Assembly (NCBI GenBank): GCA_013331555.1
Contig: DUGB01000001.1
Span: forward strand, 4,611 to 45,740
DNA: 41,130 nt
Direction: 5' to 3'
Source of the DNA: Candidatus Woesearchaeota archaeon
GTDB lineage: Archaea; Nanobdellota; Nanobdellia; Woesearchaeales; GW2011-AR9
Shown: one piece after another, positions 36,012-41,130 of the stretch
How the letters are laid out: each line of letters starts with the position of its first letter
Position numbering within the stretch: the first letter of the stretch is position 1
Program-made: the position numbers and the translations under genes
The notes under the pieces: generated by a model
What the model was told of the DNA's origin: nothing
The model's database searches: none
Seen by the model: the letters and a program-made list of their open reading frames with translations, nothing else

Positions 36012-38321
36012 ATGCTAGTGCCAAAAGAGATGTTCGATAATGCAAAAGGGTGTTTTGAGTACGAAACGTACCATGAAGGGGAAAACAAAATCCTGCGGAT
36101 TTATTTAGAAAAGTGTGCTTTTCCACCATCAATCGAATATAATGAAACGTGCATGGCGCGGGTGATTGATGCGTTGTTAGAAAACAGCGGCGTAACCATA
36201 ATTCTGTTAACCCAATTGCGCGAATATGAGTACGATTTCAGCCAAACAATGCTGCTGCGGGAAGTTGCGCTGTTGTACAAAAGAATTAACAGAGATGAGC
36301 GGTTTGCATTTTCCCGGCTTGTGGTCGATCCGGTGCATGAACGATACATTCATGGAAGCTATGCACAATTTCAACGCTTGATTTCGAAACGATTGAAAGA
36401 AGATCCTTTTGCCGCTTTTGTGGAGTTGAAACGCTTAGAACGGCGAGAGAAAACAAAACTTGATACTGCCGTCGATGAGCAGCAAAAACAAAGCCAACGT
36501 TTCTTTGTGCAAATGATGGAAGAAGTAACAAAATCAATTGAGCAACTCAAAATAATCGCAATGCTCATGCCGTACAATGCAGAGTACGTTTTGGGCAAAA
36601 GAGAAGTATATGGCAATGTCTTTCATCCCATCACTCGGCCGGATTTTATGTATACAAAGCTAATCTCTGATTTTCCCGATGGTGATTTAGTCGATAGTTA
36701 TACGTTTACCACTGGTAATGATGAGTGCGAGGTTAATGTATTTAATTTTTCAGATGATGTCAAGACAATGTATCATCTCACTCCACCGGAATTTCAATTT
36801 GAAGAAGAAGTGTATGAGTTATTGGATGATGCAAAACGCATCATGGCAGAACACAAGCCGACGCGAGAGGAGTTTGTTGACCCGCAACGGATGCGGGAAG
36901 TTTTCTTTAATATTGGAAAAGACTTACTGCAGGATTTAATCGATCATAAGAAAATGAAGCTGTCGGAAGAAAAAGTAGAACAATTGGCACAGGCATTATT
37001 ACGATATACGGTTGGTTTCGGCTTGATTGAATTGTTATTGGCGGATCCAAAAATACAGGATGTCAATGTGAATTCACCGAACGGAGAATTACCGATCTTT
37101 ATTGTCCATCAAGATTATGGTGATTGTTATACAAATATTTATCCCACTCATCTGGAAGTGGAAAGTTGGGCGACAAAATTGCGTTTGATTTCTGGACGGC
37201 CATTGGATGAAGCAAATCCGATTTTAGATACAGAATTGAAAGTAGAAGGATTTAGTTCAAGAGTAGCGGCGTTGACAGCGCCTTTAAACCCCAGCGGGTT
37301 GGCTTTTTCATTTCGACGCCATAGAGATTATCCATGGACATTTCCTCTCTATATTCAACCAAAGACAAGATACATGAACGATATTACCGCAGGTCTGCTG
37401 AGTTTTCTGATTGATAATAACGCTGCCATACTAATCGCCGGAACGCGGTCCAGTGGGAAGAGCAGTTTATTGGGAAGTTTTCTGGTAGAGATTATGCGCA
37501 AAGCACGGATCATTACAATCGAGGATACGTTTGAATTGCCGCAGGAAGCACTGCGAAAATTAGGATATAACCTGGAATCGTTGAAAGTAGCGTCGGCGTT
37601 ATCTGCACCGGGGTCGGAAGTTGATCCATCTATAGGCATTCGTCCCACGTTACGGTTAGGTGATTCGGCAATTTTTGTTGGTGAAGTGCGCTCGAAGGAA
37701 GCAATTGCATTGTTTGAAGCGATGCGCGTCGGAGCAGCGGCGAATGTTGTGGCCGGAACAATCCACGCGGATTCACCCTATGGTGTTTTTGACAGAGTAG
37801 TGAATGATATTGGTGTGCCACGGACATCGTTTAAAGCGATTGATATTATCGTGGTCACAAATCCGGTTATTTCGGGGTTGAAAAAGTATAAACGAATTCT
37901 GCGGATTACGGAAGTTCGTAAAGAATGGAATGACGATCCGTTGAAAGAAGGTGGATTTGTGGATTTAATGGTATATAATCCATCAACAGATCAACTTGAA
38001 ATTACGGATGAATTGAGGAATGGAGATTCCGATATCCTCAAGCGGATGGCTGGACTGGTAAAAGAGTTTGCCGGCGATTGGGATGCGGTGTGGGAGAATA
38101 TTCAATTGCGGGCGGACTGCAAGCGAGCTATTGTGGAACTGGCAACAGAGTTTAATGACGCCGCTATTTTGGAAGCAGATTTTGTGACGAAAGCAAATGA
38201 TGTGTTTCATTTAGTATCTGATCGAGTGAAAGAGAAGACCGGAAAGCTTGATAGCGGGTTGATTTTTCTGGAATACAACGATTGGCTGAGAAGAGAAGTG
38301 AAGAAGAGGAAGATGGAGTAA
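36012..38321 (+). CDS. Type II/IV secretion / type IV pilus assembly ATPase (FlaI/TadA/VirB11 family) with long N-terminal extension
   Basis: Walker A GTRSSGKS, ITIEDTFEL, Walker B IFVGEVR, GTIHAD. Confidence 0.92.
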   Translation: MLVPKEMFDNAKGCFEYETYHEGENKILRIYLEKCAFPPSIEYNETCMARVIDALLENSGVTIILLTQLREYEYDFSQTMLLREVALLYKRINRDERFAFSRLVVDPVHERYIHGSYAQFQRLISKRLKEDPFAAFVELKRLERREKTKLDTAVDEQQKQSQRFFVQMMEEVTKSIEQLKIIAMLMPYNAEYVLGKREVYGNVFHPITRPDFMYTKLISDFPDGDLVDSYTFTTGNDECEVNVFNFSDDVKTMYHLTPPEFQFEEEVYELLDDAKRIMAEHKPTREEFVDPQRMREVFFNIGKDLLQDLIDHKKMKLSEEKVEQLAQALLRYTVGFGLIELLLADPKIQDVNVNSPNGELPIFIVHQDYGDCYTNIYPTHLEVESWATKLRLISGRPLDEANPILDTELKVEGFSSRVAALTAPLNPSGLAFSFRRHRDYPWTFPLYIQPKTRYMNDITAGLLSFLIDNNAAILIAGTRSSGKSSLLGSFLVEIMRKARIITIEDTFELPQEALRKLGYNLESLKVASALSAPGSEVDPSIGIRPTLRLGDSAIFVGEVRSKEAIALFEAMRVGAAANVVAGTIHADSPYGVFDRVVNDIGVPRTSFKAIDIIVVTNPVISGLKKYKRILRITEVRKEWNDDPLKEGGFVDLMVYNPSTDQLEITDELRNGDSDILKRMAGLVKEFAGDWDAVWENIQLRADCKRAIVELATEFNDAAILEADFVTKANDVFHLVSDRVKEKTGKLDSGLIFLEYNDWLRREVKKRKME

Positions 38322-38377
38322 AATTATTCTTTAATCACACCGAAAATAATAAGAATGAGGGTTATCTTTCGTTACCA

Positions 38378-38734
38378 ATGAAAGTTTGGGGGGGGCTTAT
38401 CTTTTTTACACTAATCCTTACTTCATGCACGGAAAAAGATATGGTTAATAGGTCATCACCAACTACGGAACAGAACGAGTCTCTGGAAAAGTATGTCATA
38501 CAAAAAGAAGCAGAATTACAGCAAGGAAAAAAATCACTGCTTCTTGAAGAATTAAAATCAACAGAGCAGTATCTTATTGGTGTGGCCAACTATGAAATTG
38601 CAGATACAGTTGAGAATTCTCATTATCTTTATCAAAAAACAAAAATCCTGCGCCGACTTCTTGGTCTCCCTCTTAATCAAACATTAGATACCCGATTTAA
38701 TAATTCATTTGGTTTGCAACCACTAAGCAGGTGA
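38378..38734 (+). CDS. Putative lipoprotein
   Basis: Start moved to MKVWGGLIFFTLILTSC (lipobox-like). Confidence 0.6.
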   Translation: MKVWGGLIFFTLILTSCTEKDMVNRSSPTTEQNESLEKYVIQKEAELQQGKKSLLLEELKSTEQYLIGVANYEIADTVENSHYLYQKTKILRRLLGLPLNQTLDTRFNNSFGLQPLSR

Positions 38735-38740
38735 TTCTTT

Positions 38741-39148
38741 ATGATGACTACAACAGAACCGTTTATGGCTTTGCTGATTAATGAAGCTAGTTTCACGTAT
38801 CAGATTTTTTTGGTAAATCCGACAGATAACCACTTTTCTTCTGTGATCATGGAAACTGGCGGCTTCTTTACTGATGATTTTGATCATTTAGTGAGTGCCA
38901 GCCAACATACAAAAGAATTAGGAAAGCTGCCAGCCAGAGGAATATTATTTGTGGAAGGTAATAGTTGTGAAGAGTTTGAGATTACAGTCTGGTTTTATTT
39001 TAGATTCAAAGAAGACGCTTCAAACAGTCGGTTATTTTACTGTTCCATCCAAAAATATGCTGCAGGATACAAAGAAAAAAAAGAGTTAATCCCAATTCTG
39101 AACAAAGAAGGAATGATGATAGAATTAAAGCGAAAGATAAAACCTTAA
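38741..39148 (+). CDS. Hypothetical protein
   Basis: 135-aa beta-rich ORF, 6 nt after the previous gene. Confidence 0.6.
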   Translation: MMTTTEPFMALLINEASFTYQIFLVNPTDNHFSSVIMETGGFFTDDFDHLVSASQHTKELGKLPARGILFVEGNSCEEFEITVWFYFRFKEDASNSRLFYCSIQKYAAGYKEKKELIPILNKEGMMIELKRKIKP

Positions 39149-39200
39149 ACTGTGGCTATCCCCGTCGCAACAAGCAGGGGGGTTAGACTCATACAGGAAT

Positions 39201-40334
39201 CTATTGTAGCCATTTTTTCTTTAATGTTAAGAACTTATTTTTTTCAATCGCGTCGCGCATTTCTTTCATTAATCGATAGAAAAAAGATAAATTATGATAT
39301 GTCATCAAAGTATAAAATAATAATTCGTCTGCTTTATAGAGATGATTGATATAGGCTTTTGTGAAATTCGTGCAAGTATAACATGGGCAGTATTTATCCG
39401 GAGGATTTTTATCTTCTTTGTAGCGTAGGTTAGTAATCCGCTGGCGGAATTTATTTTCGATCTTTCCGCCACTTTCGGGACGGACGAAGAAATAACCAAC
39501 CCGGGCAAGTCTCGTAGGTAAGACACAGTCAAATGTATCTAATCCTAACTCAACATAGGTAAATAAATCTTCAACTGCGCCGATACCGAGAAGATGTTTT
39601 GTTTTTTCAACGGGAAGAAATTTGAGAGCATGAGCAACAAGCAGACGGCTTTCTTCTTTAGGATCGCCGAAAATACTGCCGATGCCAATCGCATCAAAAG
39701 GCAATGAAGAGATAAATTTGGCACTCTCTTCACGGAGATCGGTAAAACGGCCGCCTTGGACAATGCCGTACAAAGCTTGCTTTTTATCTTTGTTTAGTTT
39801 ACGAAATTCTTTAAGACTGCGTACTTCCCAGGCGTGAGTTCGAGCCAATGATTTTTTTGTGGTTTCGTAATCTGCTTTAATGTCAAGGCATTGATCAAAA
39901 GCAAAAATAAGGTCGGCGCCGAGTTTACGTTGAATCTGGATGGATTTTTCCGGGGTGAAAATATGTTTTGATTGGTCAATATGTGATTTAAATTCAACGC
40001 AGTCATCATTCACGGTGCAAAGGCCGTTGTTGAGGCTGAAAACTTGAAAACCACCAGAATCTGTGAATGTAGATTTATGCCAGCCCATGAATTCAGCGAC
40101 GCCGCCAAATTTATGAACAATTTTTTCACCTGGACGAAGATAAAGATGGTACGTATTACATAAAACCGCATCGAACTGAATTTCGTTAATGTGGGCAGGA
40201 GTCAACGCTTTGACTGTTGCTTGGGTTGCAACGGGAATAAACGCAGGGGTGTGAATTTGGCCGTGGGATGTTGTGATGAGACCTGTGCGAGCATTCGTTT
40301 TGGAATCTTGATGAGTGATGGTAAACTTGAACAT
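39201..40334 (-). CDS. tgt: tRNA-guanine transglycosylase, bacterial/queuine type
   Basis: NTYHL, TDSGGFQVFSL, GIVQGG, HLLGIG, FDCVLPTRLAR, zinc site CPCYTC..HN; 377 aa with no PUA domain. Confidence 0.93.
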   Translation of the reverse strand: MFKFTITHQDSKTNARTGLITTSHGQIHTPAFIPVATQATVKALTPAHINEIQFDAVLCNTYHLYLRPGEKIVHKFGGVAEFMGWHKSTFTDSGGFQVFSLNNGLCTVNDDCVEFKSHIDQSKHIFTPEKSIQIQRKLGADLIFAFDQCLDIKADYETTKKSLARTHAWEVRSLKEFRKLNKDKKQALYGIVQGGRFTDLREESAKFISSLPFDAIGIGSIFGDPKEESRLLVAHALKFLPVEKTKHLLGIGAVEDLFTYVELGLDTFDCVLPTRLARVGYFFVRPESGGKIENKFRQRITNLRYKEDKNPPDKYCPCYTCTNFTKAYINHLYKADELLFYTLMTYHNLSFFYRLMKEMRDAIEKNKFLTLKKKWLQ

Positions 40335-40441
40335 AATGAAGATGTTCTTTGAAGTGTTTAAAAAAGCTGTGGTTGGGAAAAGGTAGTAGAAAATCTAGGT
40401 ATTAAATGTAATAACAGAAATGATTATTGCAGTGCCAAATG

Positions 40442-41029
40442 CTATTTTTCTACTTTGAACATCTTTCCATGGCCGGGGATGATATAATCGGCAGCTTCCA
40501 AGAGCTTTTTTCGACTTTCAATTAATGTCTTCATATTCATGCCTTTTGCTTGTGAATGGTCTTTTTGATGTAAATCAAATATTTGGTATTCATTCTCCAG
40601 AAAGAAAATAACATCACCAACAATAGCTATTTTACCTAAAGAAGTATTAACAATCAGTGAAATATGTTCAAGTACATGTCCAGGTGTTTCGATAATTTCA
40701 ATTTCTTTTCCCAATTCATGCTTGTCAAATTCAGTGAGAATATCATTATTGTACATTAAATTAGTATCAAAAGTAATAAATCTTGCTTTTTCAAAAATTC
40801 CAGCAAGTAAAATATGATCTGGATGCTGGTGTGATAAAAAAACATAATCAATATCAGCAGTTAACAATCTTTCTTTATTGAGTGCCGCTAACAATTTTTC
40901 ACGATTGCAACCAGGATCCGTAATTATTTTTTTATTTTTTGTGGTAACTAAACACGTAGTGGAACTGGCGATCCATCCTTTTTCAATTTTTCTGGCATAG
41001 CCTTCAATCAAAATTTTTACGTCTGCCAT
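40442..41029 (-). CDS. Metallo-beta-lactamase fold hydrolase
   Basis: DPG, SHQHPDH, TPGH, GD, IPGHG. Confidence 0.9.
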   Translation of the reverse strand: MADVKILIEGYARKIEKGWIASSTTCLVTTKNKKIITDPGCNREKLLAALNKERLLTADIDYVFLSHQHPDHILLAGIFEKARFITFDTNLMYNNDILTEFDKHELGKEIEIIETPGHVLEHISLIVNTSLGKIAIVGDVIFFLENEYQIFDLHQKDHSQAKGMNMKTLIESRKKLLEAADYIIPGHGKMFKVEK

Positions 41030-41130
41030 AAAAGTTGATGTTCGAAGAATGGTTTATTAAACTTTCTTTGACTAAATGGATCCTTGTCATAACTCATCCA
41101 ATTGAACCTCTACGGACTACGTTGCGACTA

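Noticed and set aside
39155..39184. GCTATCCCCGTCGCAACAAGCAGGGGGG, a possible IS200/IS605-like end or REP
   Set aside because: Single degenerate palindrome between convergent genes; could equally be a terminator
41072..41130. Window-edge sequence faintly resembling a structured RNA 3' end
   Set aside because: Truncated, and lacks diagnostic rRNA/tRNA motifs such as GGATCACCTCC

Overview
This window is archaeal chromosomal DNA, most consistent with a DPANN (Woesearchaeota-like) organism. It carries rpl21e, rpoF, rps6e, elp3, dph5, archaeal proS, ftsZ, sepF, a TFS-like gene, a type IV pilus/secretion ATPase, a bacterial-type tgt, two toxin-antitoxin pairs and a tRNA-Ser(GCT) with two introns. 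A 9.4-kb cluster of seven Cys-rich surface-protein genes alternates between two architectures, one with dockerin-like Ca-binding modules and one with putative cohesin-like domains. The most striking signal is a family of about 40-95 nt twin-hairpin ('dumbbell') insertions with the layout X-hairpin-revcomp(X)-hairpin-X. Two of them interrupt an otherwise intact Bro-N gene, and removing both precisely restores a 280-aa protein. Others sit in a stop codon, a tRNA intron, an IS200/IS605-like remnant and the rps6e leader. Also seen: a repetitive structured leader on ftsZ, and a TA cassette flanked by a duplicated gene 3' end. All calls come from reading the sequence by eye; no searches or folding programs were run.
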